Shown: positions 14,057-29,151, counted from the stretch's first letter. The stretch: DNA of 64,000 bases from Octopus vulgaris (GCA_951406725.2 OX597829.1:16244001-16308000), one strand, 5' to 3'. Notes: generated by a model not told the origin, from the sequence alone. Program-made: numbers and translations.

Positions 14057-16333
14057 TACGACGGGCTTCTTTCAGTTTCCATCTACCAAATCCACTTACA
14101 AGTCTTTGGACGGCCTAAGGCTATAGTAGAAGACACTTGCCCAAGGTGCCATGCAGCGGGACTAAACCTGGAACCACATGGTTCATAAGAAAGCTACTTA
14201 TCACACAGCTACTCCTACGCCTATATGTATATATGCTTAATCTGTACAAACATATACACAAATACATGCACATACACACACGTGTGTGCGTGCATGTTTA
14301 CACATACGTATGTGTACATGTATACACACACACATATTTATGATTCATTTACTTATACCAGTCATTGACTGCGTCCATACTGGAGCACTGCTTTGAAGCA
14401 TTTTAGTCGAAATGACTGATCCTAGTACATTTTTTCTTAGAGCCTGATACTTATCCTGTTGGTCTCTTTTGCTGAACTGCTAAGTTACAGGAATGTAAAC
14501 AGACCAACACCATCTATCAAGAGGTGGTGAGAGATAAACACACACACACATACACACACATATATACCTTTGATGGACTTCTTTTCGGTCTCCCTCAACC
14601 ACATCCATTTACAAGGCTTTCATAAACCTGTGGCTTCAGAAGACACTTGCCCAAGGTACCGTGTAGTAGGATTGAACCGAAAACCATGTGGGTGAGAAGC
14701 AAACTTCTTACCATACAGTCACACACAGCCTGCACCTGTGTGTGTGTGTGTGTGCGTATACATGTGTGTGTGTGAATGCGTGCAGATACATACCACACAC
14801 ACACACAACATATATTCCTGTGTGTAAAAAAAAAAAGACTAGTTTTCTTATGCATGTACAACCAACTAAAAATACTAACATTATTATTAGTAGTAGTAGT
14901 TGTATTATTATTATTATTATTATTAGGGAAGCAAGCTGGCAGACTCGTTAGCACAACAGACAAAATGTTTTGTGACACATCATCCAACTTTATCTTCTAT
15001 GTTTAAATTCCGCCAAGACTGACTTTGCCTTCTATCCCTTGGGGACAATAAAATAAGTACCAGTTGCGCACTGGCGTCAATGTAATCAACTAGCCCCTCA
15101 GCCAAGGTGTCAAGCCTTGTGCTTATATTAGAAAAACTATTATTATTATTATTATTATTACCATTCTTCTTCATATTATTATTATTACCATTATTATTAT
15201 CATTATTATTATTATTATTATTTCGTTGTTGTTGTAGTTAGTGTTGTAGTAATACAAATGTTAAACAAAACCCCCACCTGCACCAAAACCCAAACTAAGA
15301 ATCAATGTTCTCATTAACTAAGAACAACAATCTAGAATTTCTGAGAAACTTTATTTCAGAACAAAGAAAGAAAATAAAAAAAAAAAGGTAAAGAAAATAC
15401 AATGTTTTAAAAAAAGGTAAGATAATAAAAAAAAAAAACCAGTAATAATAGCAAAAGCGAAAATGGAAGCTAAACTGCAGCATCCTTCTAAATAAGCTTC
15501 CCTGTTGCCTCTTTTAACTCAACACTGGATTTATATTTAGGCACCGTGATTAACCAAGTGCGAAAAGCTTCTATTAGTAATGAAGAATCTTTTTTTAAAA
15601 GTTATATACACTGCAGCTCCGACTCCACACAAAACACATCATCATCATCATCATCATCATCATCGTCATCATCATCCTCATCATCATCATTGTTCAGCAT
15701 TCTCTTTCCGTGCTGGCATGGGTTGGATGATTTGAAAGGAACTGGCAAGTCAGAAGACTGTGCCAAGTAATACTGTCTGATTTGGCACTGTTTCTATAGG
15801 TGGATGCCCTTCCGAACAATAACCATTTTAAAAGAGTGTACTGAATGCTTTTTTACATGGCACCAACATTAATGAGGTCACCAAGTAACTCACAAGAAAA
15901 GAACCCTCGACTGAGAGAGGTGGTTTTGTGCCACATGATGGATTGGGGAACGGAAATAGGTGTCTTACAGTAGTGGAGATACATGATTATATTAGATGCA
16001 TAACACCAGCAATGTTACTGAGTGAACTTAGATACCATTTTACTTGGCACCAGCAACAGTGAGGCCACAAACTGCTAAGTTATGGGACATAAATACATCA
16101 ACACCAGTAGTCAAGTGGTGGTGAGGCAAACACAAAGACACACACACACACATATGTACATATATATACAATGGGCATCTTTCAGTTTTTGTCTACCAAA
16201 ATCCACTGACAAGGCTTTAGTTAACCAGAGGCAACAGTAAAAGGTGCAATGCAGTGGGACTGAACCCAGAACCATGTGACTGGAAAGCAAACTTCTTACC
16301 ACACAGCCATACCTGTGCCTACATACACACACA

Positions 16334-16366
<33 letters not shown>

Positions 16367-16369
16367 TAT

Positions 16370-16401
<32 letters not shown>

Positions 16402-17331
16402 CGTGCACGTGCACACACAGTATAAAATTCTAGCAGAAAGGTCAAAAGTCAAGAACCTCTTACTGATATATTATTATGCACCTGGGTAAAATGACAGTGT
16501 TTGAAAGTTTTAAATTTACCTGTAAAACACTGTTTCCTTTCATTTACCTGGCTATCATATTACCTCATCAGTGAAAATAAATGTGATCAGGTGTTTACAG
16601 CTGACACCTTGTTTAAGTCTTAATTGTATTATGAGGTCAACAACATATGCACTGCCACACGTGAGTGACTTTGAGTGATGGAAGAAAAGCACAAAATTCA
16701 CTGGGTAAACCATTCCATAGGATGTGTGTGCAAATATACACATATATATATGCATAAATATATACATACATATATATATATGTAAATATATAAATATATA
16801 CATACATATATATACATATGTAACTATATAAATATATACATACATATATATACATATGTAACTATATAAATACATATATATAAGTAAATATATAAATACA
16901 TATATATATATAAATGTAAATATATAAATATATATAAATGTAAATATATAAATACACATATATATATATATAAATGTAAATATATAAATACACATATATA
17001 TATATATAAACGTAAATATATAAATACATATATATATAAATGTAAATATATAAATACATATATATATATGTAAATACATATATATATGTAAATACATACA
17101 TATATATGTAAATACATACATATATATATACATATGCAAATACATACATACATATATATAAAGGTGTAGATGTGGCTGTGTGCTAAGAAGTTTGTTTCCC
17201 AACCACATAGTATTCAAAATTCAATGCCAGATGCCATGTGCCTTCTACTATAGCCAGGCCATATATACACAAGCATATATACCATGCATGTTTATCTATA
17301 TACATGCACATATACTTATATAGATATTTAC

Positions 17332-17368
<37 letters not shown>

Positions 17369-18570
17369 TTGTCTCCCACCACCGCTTGACAACTGGTGCC
17401 AGTTTGCTTATGTCCCCCCTTCCCACCAAACTTATTGATTCAGCAAAAACTGATTAATAGAATACCAGGATTAAACAAAATTTAAAAAACTACTAGGGTT
17501 TATTCATTTGACTAATCCCTTCAAGGTGGTACCCATATGGCCATAGTCTAATGATTGATACAGGTATAAAATAAAGAAAATGTGTATCAGCATATGTACA
17601 CTTTGGTCTCTTATATAGCTAGCAGACATGTTAGCACGCCAGGCGAAATGCTTAGCGGTATTTCGTCTGTCGTTACATTCTGAGTTCAAATTCCGCCAAG
17701 GTCGACTTTGCCTTTCATCCTTTCAGGGTCGATAAATAAAGTACCAGTTTCGCACTGGAGTCAATATAATCGACTTAATCCCTTTGTCTGTCCTTGCTTG
17801 TCCCCTCTATGTTTAGCCCCTTGTGAGCAGTAAAGAATAGGTATTTCGTCTGCAATAAAGAAATATATATATAAGTATATATTTATCTAAATCTTGTATG
17901 ACTATATTCTTTTATTCTTTCCTTCTATCAGCCCTTTCATGCTTGCTTTGTTCTTTTATTCCCCCTCTCTCACATTTCCTTGCCTTCTCTTCATGCTCAC
18001 TTTCCCTCCTCTCTTCACTTCACTGTGTCCCTGTCATTTTTTCTTGCCCCTTCTTATTTCTTCTGTCCCTCTGCCTCTACCTCTCTCTTCTCTCCCCACA
18101 TGATCAGTGTTCATGGGAGCCTGACCTTTCTTTCTTGGTTCAGCCACCGGCTGTGCAACATCTATATTCCTCCCGCCTATGAAATATTGTATCCATGCCA
18201 TAAGGCTTTACTTCCACACACGCCAGCTTAATTTAATTCATCCTTAGTCAAAAGACACCTGTTGTTATGTCCTGCTATTTGTATTTGTGTAACATTCTCC
18301 ATTTTTTCGATGCTTGTTTTCGTATACATTCGCTGCTTTCTTCTAAGGAATCTAATGTTCTTAGCTTAGTTTTTCCTTGGGGCTGGCCAGATTGGAGCAA
18401 TCTCAAGTATAAGCAGCTGAAATTGCAAAGATAATCTGGAACTTGATTGGGGAAAGAAAACTCCAAATGACCCGTCCTTGTTTTCTTTGTATTGTCTATC
18501 TGGATGTTTTGCTGTCCCTTTTTTTGTATCACCTAACTATTTCGATGTTTTGTGTTCTTGTCCCATTTTG

Positions 18571-18639
<69 letters not shown>

Positions 18640-19524
18640 TATATATAAACACATATACATACACACAAATATACACATGTCTTTTATCTTTTTCCTGTTT
18701 CAGTCATTGGACTATGGCCATGCTAGGGCATCACCTTAAAAGGGTTTTATTTGAATGAATCAACTCCAGTACTTATTTAAAACCTGGTACTTATTCCATT
18801 TGGTACCTTTCACCAGCCCATAAAGTTACAGAGACATAAATAAACCAACACTGGTTGCTAAGCACTGGAAGGGAACAGACACAAGTCAAAAGGCATACAT
18901 GTGTGTGTGTGTGTGTGTCTGTGTGTGTGAGAGATGAGCTTCTTTCAGATTCTGTCAACCAGATCCAATCACAAGGCTTAAAACTATAGGAGAAGCCACC
19001 ATAGAGTGGAATGTGGTAGGAATGAACCCGGGAACCACGTGGTTGGAAAGCAAATTTTGTACCACACAGCAACACCTTCACCTATACATCTATAAACATA
19101 TACATACATATATACTGTTTTCTTTCACACACACACTTTTTTTTTATCACATAAGGTCATGAAGAAACAGAAAACAAAGCTTTTATTCTTTCTTCTTTTA
19201 ATTTTTCAATATGTATTCCACAAAGTAATTTAAGTTTACAATCCCCAGCGCTGTTTTGATAGCTTGTTCAATGAATTGTAGAACAGAATGGATGCTATTC
19301 TATAGAACCAATCAATTTTATTTATGCATTGTTGATGAACAAAGGAAAATAAATGAATCTGAAAAAGAAAATGCCTAAAAAGTGAAGAACTGAAAGTTAA
19401 CATGAAATATGGAATGAAAAAATTTAGTAAATTCTAAGAGAAATGAGCAAAAGATGAGATGGAAAACGTCTTTTCTTTTTTTTTTACCTTTACTTTTGGG
19501 GCAAATTACAAAACACACTTTCTG

Positions 19525-20872
19525 CTACCTAGGTGACCATGATAGCAGTGAAAGAGGAAGTTCTGAAAGTATAGTGGCTAGACTAAGAACAGGCTGGTCA
19601 AAGGTCAGAGTGTTACTACCTATGTTGGCAACTAATGGCCTCTCCCTCAGAATGAAGGGTAGGTTGTTTGATACCTGTATCCAGACAGCTATGCTACATG
19701 GCAGTGAAACATAGGCTATCACTACAGAAAACTCGTGAAGGCTTGAAGGAAAAGAAGCCAGCATGCACTGAAAGGATGGGTAATTTCAGTGTGTACATAT
19801 GGCAGAGTGTAAATGATTTAAGATGAAAACTGGATATAAGATGGCATCAGAGGTTGTGTGCAAGAAAGTAGACTGCACTGGTATAGTCATTTGATGAGTA
19901 TATATTTCTTTACTACCCACAAGGGGCTAAACACAGAAGGGACATACAAGGACAGACAAACGGATTAAGTCGATTACATCGACCCTAGTGCGTAACTGTT
20001 ACTTAATTTATCGACCCCGAAAGGATGAAAGGCAAAGTCGACCTCAGCGGAATTTGAACTCAGAACGTAACGGCAGACGAAATACTATTTCTTTACTACC
20101 CACAAGGAGCTAAACACAGAGGGGAGAAACAAGGAAAGACAAGCGGATTAAGTCAATTACATCAACCCCAGTGCGTAACTGGTAATTAATTTATCGACCC
20201 CGACCCCAAAAGGATGAAAGGCAAAGTCGACCTCGGCGGAATTTGAACTCAGAACATAACGGCAGACGAAATACGGCTACGCAGTTCGCCCGGCGTGCTA
20301 ACGTTTCTGCCAGCTTTACTCATTTGATGAGTATAGATGAAGACAGCTGCTGAAAAATGTACTGATTTCTAATTGTGGAAGAAACCAGTGGAAGGGGTAG
20401 TCCCAGGAAGATGTGGGACAAAGTGGTGAGAAAGGATCTTCAGATGCTTAGCTTCACTGAGAAGATGACAACAGACTGGGACTTGTGGAAATTTGCTGTA
20501 CTTGAGAAGACACGTCAAGTAAAGCCATGCCCATCCATACATACATACAGGCATGTCCTTTACGGCCATGCCCCGACTCCCTAAACCAAATGCCAATGTC
20601 ACATAAAATGCAGTCGTACTGGTGCCACATACAATGCACTCATGCTAATGCCACATAAAATGCACCTGTCCAGTGGCACATAAAAAGCACTCAACACACT
20701 CTGTAAAGTGGTTAGCATTATGAAGGGCATTCAGCCATAGAAACCATGCCAAGACGGACAACTGGAGCTTGGACAGCTCAACGGCTGGTCAGCTTCAGTC
20801 AAAATATTCAACCCATGCCAGCAGGAAAACAGACATTATATGATGATGATGATTATGATGATGAAGATGATG
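19525..20872 (+). mobile_element. RTE LINE 3' portion (ORF remnant, 3' UTR, (GAT)n tail) interrupted by a SINE dimer
   Basis: RLRTGWSKVRVLLPML..LSLRMKGRLFDTCIQTAMLHGSET and GRGSPRKMWDKVVRKDLQ; SINE A dimer 19903-20316 with TSD TCATTTGATGAGTATA (19887-19902, 20320-20335). Confidence 0.85.
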
Positions 20873-21638
20873 ATATATAATCGTATGTATGTACTACTTT
20901 TGAATCTTTGAAGAATTACAAATAGGAAATACATGTTTTCTACATGTATATATACCTTGTAACTGCTATCCTGTCATGAAACATATGTAACATGGATTTG
21001 AAAAAATACCAAATTTTTCAGTCTTTGTTTTGATATATACTTACTTTGCAAATACAACTCACCAGAATTTTCAACTAGTACGAATGCCTCAATTAAAATA
21101 AAACATCATACATACATTCGATTACTGGAACATATATGATGTGCTTCATGGTAACACAATTTGCATTATAACCCTTCTATACACTGTGTGTGTGTACATA
21201 TATTATCATGGAAGAAGAGCATAACAGAAATAAAACACAAACAATTTGACAGATATTCTTTTATTCTTTTCTTTTTTATCTTTTACATATTTCAGTTATT
21301 TGACTGTGACTATGTTGGGCACCACCTTCAAGGGTTACATTCAAATTCAAACAAATCAACCCCAGTACTTATTCTATCCGTCCCTTTTTGCTGAAATGCT
21401 AAGTTACAGGGACATAAAGAACTGAGTGGCAGTTGTTAATCAGTGATATGGAACAAACATAAGCAAAAAGACACACACGATGGGCTTCTTTCACTTTCCA
21501 TCTACCTAATCCATTCACAAGGCTTTGGCTGGCCCAGAGCTATAGTAGAACACACTTGCCCAAGGTGGCACACAGTAGGACTGAACTGGGAAGTATAAGG
21601 TTGGGAAGCAAGCTTCTTACCACACAATCACATTTGCA

Positions 21639-21709
<71 letters not shown>

Positions 21710-22240
21710 TTTTACTCTTTTACTTGTTTCAGTCATTTGACTACGGCCATGCTGGAGCACCACCTTTAGTCGAGCAAATCGACCCCACAACTTATTCTTT
21801 GTAAGCCTAGTACTTATTCTATCAGTCTCTTTTGCTGAACCACTGAGTTACTGGGACGTAAACACACCAGCATCGGTTGTCAAACGATGTTGGGGCTACA
21901 AACACACACACACATACACATATATACATATACATATATATGACAGGCTTCTTTCAGTTTCCGTCTACCAAATCCACTCACAAGGCTTTGGTCGGCCCGA
22001 GGCTATAGTAGAAGACACTTGCCCAAGGTGCCACGCAGAGGTACTGAACCCGGAACCATGTGGTATATATACATACATAAACTTTGTAACAGTTACTTGA
22101 TACAGTCAAAATAATTAAAGAAAGATTTTTTTTTAAAGTTATCAACTATCTAATAACTTTTACTCAACAGAATGTAATTTTTGTGGAAGAAGTTTGCATA
22201 TACATACATATATATAATAATAATAATAATAATATTAATA

Positions 22241-22280
<40 letters not shown>

Positions 22281-23455
22281 GTAACAACAGAATGAGACCT
22301 CGAAATTAAAAGTAGAGGATTATATATATATGCTATAATTTAGAACAACTAGTAAAAGGTTGCCATTAATAGCTGACAAGAATGTATCATAGCTCTTTGC
22401 TCCAAGATCCGATACTCCAAGTACAATAATGGCAACCTTTTACTGTTTGTTTTAAATTATAACCTATATAAAATCAAAATCAAAATCGAAATCGATCAGC
22501 ATCAATGGAAATTGTAGCTGTGATACCAGTGCCGGTGGCATGTAAGAGAACCATCCGAACATGGCCGTTGCCAGCACCGCCCCGACTGGCCTCCGTGCCG
22601 GTGACACGTAAAAAGCACCATCTGATCGTGGCCGTTTGCCAGCCTCGTCTGGCACCTGTGCCTTTGGTACGTAAAAAGCACCCACTACATTCCCGGAGTG
22701 GCTGGCGTTAGGAAGGGCATCCAGCAGTAGAAACATTGCCAAATCAGATTGGGCCTGGTACAACCTCCTGGCTTCCCAGACCCCAGTTGAACCGTCCAAC
22801 CCATACTAGCATGGAAAGCGGACGTTAAACGATGATGATGATACATACATGTAAAGAATGAAGATGCGTTATCAATGAATTATTTAGCTAACATGCATTT
22901 CAGATAGCTTCACACAACGCAAGTAGTGCACACTACAATGTGCATGCTTAATTGATCCTTCATTTCATCAACTTAAATGCTATAGAAAAAGCAGAATTAA
23001 GTGCCAAGCTATTCTTTCCAAAGCCAGAATGCTTCTGCTAAATTTAGTTTACATTGGAATAACATGGGAGGATTTATAGCAGTAAATTCAAGACCACTGG
23101 CTCCTGTTTTATTGACCAGTGTCCATGTTACAGTCGAGAGGAGGCATGCTTATCAGATGATCGTTCTACATCAACAATAGCTAGTAGTTGTATGTAGCTT
23201 TTCAAGAATTGTAATTTAATCTACAATGCCATTAAGTACAAATCGGTAAATAGAAGACAGGATGAATTTAGTAGAACTATAAAAGACGTATCTATTAAAA
23301 AAAAAATTTTTTATATCTGCTGTATGAATTTAAATTACATAAAATTATATAACATAAAAGGAAAAATAAAGAATGCCATATGTACGTACTCAAACACACA
23401 GAGGTATTCAAGGGAAATTTATATTGATACTGGATATATATAGACAGACAGACAG

Positions 23456-23508
<53 letters not shown>

Positions 23509-23981
23509 GAGAATGAAATGGAGAGGGATGGGGAGAACTGAGGTATAAACATCAAAGAAATCTACACAAATATGATCTCAATTAATATCAGGTCGTTAAT
23601 TGACTACAGTAAATCTGGATGGGACTGCCATGCATGTATTTATGTGATTGGCCAAAACAATATTTCAAAGTAACATATTTAGAATAAAAGAACAATTTTC
23701 TCAAATAACTCATGCTTTAAATGGGCTCAACAGCTGTTTCATTAAGTTAAACATATGTATAATTAAATATGTATGATTATAGAATTGTGACGTAGCATAA
23801 ATCGATTTAATTTGAAATTATTAATTAGGTACCACTATTATGTAATCATACACTTTTATTGATGTTTACCTTAATGAAACAGTTGCTGATCACAATTAAA
23901 GTATGAGCTATTTGTGAAGAGTGTGTGTGTGAGAGAGACAGGGGGGAGGGAGAGAGAGAGTGTGTATGTGTGTGTGTGTGT

Positions 23982-24012
<31 letters not shown>

Positions 24013-24230
24013 AGGAAAATAGGGATTAAATAAAACCAGGAGAATACGTCTTTAAACACTGTAGAAATTGAAAGTAGCTAACTGTCCGGTTATTACCATA
24101 GTATTCCACCCAGACACAATGTTATTCATTTCCAGCAACAGGTACAATTTGTAAATCAGAGGTTAAACACTAATTAAATTCAGTGTATTAATCACAGGGT
24201 ACATTAGAAAAATGGAAAAAAAAAAAAAAA

Positions 24231-24476
24231 AAAGAATGAAGATGCATTAACAACAATTTATTTAGCTTATATGTATTGAATAGTTTTGCACAACGTAAGC
24301 ACTGCACAATACATATTGAATCAATCCTTCATTTGATCAACTTCTATGGCAATTTAGTCAATCAAATGAAGGACCAATTAAATATGCATATTACAACATG
24401 CAGTGCTTGGGTTGTGCCAGATTATTTGAAACACATGTAAGCTAAATAAATAGTTGATAAAACATCTTCATACTTT
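24231..24476. repeat. Degenerate fold-back element (arms about 110-120 bp, short spacer); single arm also at about 22853-22975
   Basis: AAAGAATGAAGATG...TCCTTCATTTGAT is mirrored by ATCAAATGAAGGA...CATCTTCATACTTT. Confidence 0.7.
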
Positions 24477-25350
24477 ATGGTTTTTCAAATATACTCCATG
24501 ATTAATATACCAAATTTATTTGATGTTTGATTTCTACAGAGTGCTTAAAGAAATTTAATCCCTATTTTCCTTTGTCATATACATAAAAGGATATGGAAAT
24601 TCCTTTGAAGCATTGCAGTCTGTGAGCAAAATAGTGAGTTTTAAACCTTGATATCCTATTAGGCAGTATTTTACTGGCCACTTGACCAACACATGGTGTG
24701 CTTCTGCCTTAACATAGAACTACTAAGCTATAAAACAATACAGAAAACAATTTTTTATCGCAAGACAGATTGAGCAGATTTGGAGAACTCCTCTAACACT
24801 ACTTGAAGAAAGGATTTTTTTTATCCAAACATATTGGAATACAAAAATGGAAATTTAGACATTTCTTCATCTTTGCCTGTTATTTCTCAGAAATGCTACA
24901 TTTTATTCAGTTTTACTCCTCACATTTCCATAAGGCTGTTTTTAAAATTCACCATTTTGCTCACACATCACAATGCTTTAAATAAATTTTCAGGCACTTT
25001 TATCTACTACATCTCAACCAGGCCCCGTTTGTAACCATGAAAGGATTGTTCAACTTGACGGAGAAACATGCCAAACTTAGCTGTCAAATTAACTTCCAAA
25101 CTATTATTTCCTGTCAGAAGACAGACTGAGCTGATTACGAACTGACTCAAAAAACTATTTTTGTGCTACCTGAAGGAGTTTTTCATCCTGAAATACAGGA
25201 ATATATAAAAATGGAAATTTACAAAACTTCCACATCCATGTCATTCTTTGGAAATGTCATATTTTATTCTATTTTTCCCTCATATGCGTTTCCATGAGGT
25301 TTTATAAAAACTCACCACTTTGCTTGTGTGTGTATGTATGTATATATATA

Positions 25351-25610
25351 TATCTGTAAATGTAATATGTGACAATTATTCGGTAGCCATGATAAAACTC
25401 TGAGTTTTGGATGCCGAGGTGGAAATCGACGCCACCATCTCTTCAATTATCCGGCCATGAAGAGATGGTGGAGTGGATTTCCACCTCGGCATCCGCAACT
25501 CGGAGTTTTATCATAGCTACCGAATAATTGTCACATATTACATTTACAGATAAATTCTTCTATTTACATAATACTGAGGTCTCTTTCATTCTTTTGTTGT
25601 CTTTGTTTAT
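25351..25610 (+). mobile_element. Fold-back element: 95-bp arms (25351-25445 / 25458-25552), 12-nt spacer, about 58-nt tail, in (TA)n; decayed hammerhead at 25391-25451 (-)
   Basis: 6 mismatches between arms. Minus strand reads GATAA TTGAAGA GATG..CATC C AAAA CTCAGAG TT TTATC. Confidence 0.8.
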
Positions 25611-26027
25611 ATTTATATATATTATATCATACCATTATAATGCATAGACATATATTCCATGTTGACAGGCCAACAATATTAAATGTGCTAACCCTTCAGC
25701 ATTCATATTGTTCTGTCGAATTTAATAGTTATTTATTCAAACTATTTTAAACTAATCAAGCATTATCGTGTGGCCTTGAGATTTCACTGATGTGACTGCT
25801 TATTTTTAGGATGACATGGTAGGGTAGATAAGAGATGCTGGATATGGCCAGTTTGAACTTAAAACAGGTAGAATATTTTGGTTAGATTTGGCTGTTTTAA
25901 ATGCTAAAGGGTTAAACACTTCTGATATACAAATCAGTAATTCTAGTCCTTTGAAGCTACTGGATTTGTTGAGTATATGGACAAATTTGTTGCTTATTTC
26001 TCTGGGACTGGTGAAATGATGTAAACA

Positions 26028-26068
26028 CCTCTGATGAGAGTCCAATAAGACTCGAAAATCGAATAAGG
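26028..26068 (+). ncRNA. Type I hammerhead ribozyme motif (minimal)
   Basis: cct CTGATGA GAGTC caataa GACTC GAAA ATCGAA TA agg: intact core, 5-bp stem II, 3-bp stem I, near-palindromic stem III with one mismatch. Confidence 0.7.
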
Positions 26069-26455
26069 CTGTTCTTCAATCTATGAAGTAGTAGTTCAAT
26101 TTGTGATGTTTGTTTGTCTACTAGTTAGACATACATACATACACACATTATATATGAGTATATATATATATAGATATATGAAATTCCAAATTATGCAAAT
26201 TTTAAGAAAACAAAACATAATGTAACGACTAGCAAAATAATTTTATTTCTTCTTGTATTATTTAATGACAATAAAACCAATACATGTGAAACGTAGGCTA
26301 CATAGTTTAAAAAATGACATGTAAAATGCAAATTTGGTTAACTGCATCACAGTTTTACTCACCAGGGTGGTGCAATTAAATAAAACTGAGTGTGCGTGTG
26401 TGGACACCTCCATATATACATACACATATATATATACACATACACACATTATTTA

Positions 26456-26498
<43 letters not shown>

Positions 26499-26838
26499 AT
26501 TTTTTGGGGTGACTCACAATGACAAATGATTTCATAAGAGAAAGTAATTATACCTGATGACAAGATGTATGCTAAAATTATGTAACGGGTTTAATGTTAC
26601 GTAATACATATCCCATAGACTTTTTGAAACATGCAGTATGTAGTGCACAACTGCTCCTTCCTTTCGCTTCATTCACATACACATGCTCACACACACAACC
26701 ACACACAATCCACCAAACATATATCTATACACACACATATAGAGGTACAGGCAGACACACACACATAGATATGCATATGTGCGATCACACAAATATATAT
26801 ATATATTTATACACACATACATATAAATACATGGTGAA

Positions 26839-26876
<38 letters not shown>

Positions 26877-27029
26877 TAACATATATATGTGAATATATAA
26901 TCACACACATATGTATATCTATGCATACTATATATAAGTTTATTGTATCTGCCTTGCCTATATCCATATATATGTGCTTTTATAAGTATATAAATATACA
27001 TATATATTTATGTTTATATATATATTTAT

Positions 27030-27074
<45 letters not shown>

Positions 27075-27913
27075 CACAGATATATACGTGTATGTGTTTA
27101 AAAAAATGTATGTTTTATGTATGTATGAAGGTTTACATATATGCATGTCAGATGTGTCTGAGTTTTAATATATATATATATATATTAAATGTATTTTTTT
27201 AAGATGTTGAATTCATGTATATTCACTTCAAGAAAACAATTTTTGAGGGGTTTTTTTTGCATGATGTAATAATTCTGTTAATCAACAAAAAAAGTGTATT
27301 TATATGGTATAAATACCATTTAAAGAAAGAACCAATTTGCATTCGTTGTTATTTATTTATGTTTAGGTACATATATATTAGATATATGTAAACGTATGTG
27401 TGTGTTTAAATACATATATATAATTAGATAGATATATATGCACGCGTGTGTGTGCGTGTTTAAATGTATACATATACACACATTCACATATATATATGTG
27501 TATGTATATAAATAACATTTGAAAATAAGTTTTTTAATGAAGACTTTTGAAACATGGAAAATAAAAATAAAAATCTGTTGCAAATTTCATATTATTAGTT
27601 GCTTACCATAGCAACCGGTCATTCGAAATTGATGCAAAAATTTACTTCTTGGTCAGAATAACAAAGACCTAAATTAAAGCTCTGGTTGGACCTAAAGTAG
27701 TCTTGAACCTAAATACTCTTTTTACTCTTTTACTTATTTCAGTCATTTGATTGTGGCCATGCTGGAGCACCGATTTTAATTGAACAAATCGACCCCCAGG
27801 ACTTATTCTTTGTAAGCCTAGTACTTATTCTATCTGTCTCTTTTGCCGAACTGCTAAGTTACGGGGACGTAAACACACCAGCATCGGTTGTCAAGAGGTG
27901 TTGGGGAGACAAA

Positions 27914-27951
<38 letters not shown>

Positions 27952-29151
27952 TATATATATACATATATACGATGGGCTACTTACCACACAGCCACTCCTG
28001 CGTCCATATTTTAAAAATGACTCCAGCATATCAGTTGGTAATTCACTTTAAATGTGTTTTGTGCGATTGACTTATGAATGACAATCTGAACTTGTATTTA
28101 TAATTTGGCATCTCTTTAAAAGTGAAATCATTTGAAATAAATGTCCAAACCAGATATCATTACCTGTCCCAAAGGTACTGCCCACTCCATGTAAACTGTA
28201 GTACAATATAGTGCAATAGCTTAGGACTTCAAAGGCCCACAGGACGTCAATGCTCTGCCACAAGAATTAAGGAACTTATACAATATGGATGTGTGAGGGC
28301 CAGGTACTGCAGTAATTTTGTGTTAAAATACTCACAGCTCTTCAGCGCTCAGCCAAAAGACTTAAGAAACCTACATGATATGGATATCTTCGAACAGGAA
28401 CTTCACATCTACTATATAAACCAACATCCCAGCATCAAGTACAGATGAGAGAAGTTATGTCAAACTCTTCATGCACTAAATGAGCCAACAAGGAAAAGAG
28501 CACACGCAAGAGTGGGGATATGGAATCAACCCAGCAACCAGAAGAAATTAACCACACAGGAGGGTTATGGAAAGGGTACAAAGAAATAAAAGCATGTAAA
28601 ACTAGAAAACTCAAAAGGTAAATTTTTGCATCAGTTTAAAATAAAAATAAAATTTTACAAAATTCACTACAAAACAACTTTGTCTTTTCAATAATAAAAA
28701 TATGAGGGAACAAAAAATATTAAACTACTGTTAAATTTACATTTTTCTAAATTATTATTATTCTTTTCTGCTATAGGCTCAAGGACCAAAATGTTGGGAA
28801 CAGGAGTGCTAGTTGATTACATCAACCCCAGTCAACTGGTACTTAATTCATCAAACCTGAAAGGATGAAGGGCAAAATCACTCTTGGTGGAATTTGAACT
28901 GAGAATGCAAAAATTGAAATGCTATGGGCAAAATGCTTCTAGGCATTTCACCCATCTTTATGTTCTGAGTTCAAATTTCACTGAGGTAGACTTTACTTAT
29001 CTTTTCAGGTAAATACCAGTTGAAAATGAGATCGATGTGACTAAATTTCCTCCAAAATTTCAGGCCCTGAGCCTAAACTAGAAAAGTTTATTATTATCAT
29101 TTTCTAAGAGACAAACACACACACACACACAAAAAAAAAAAAAAACATTTA

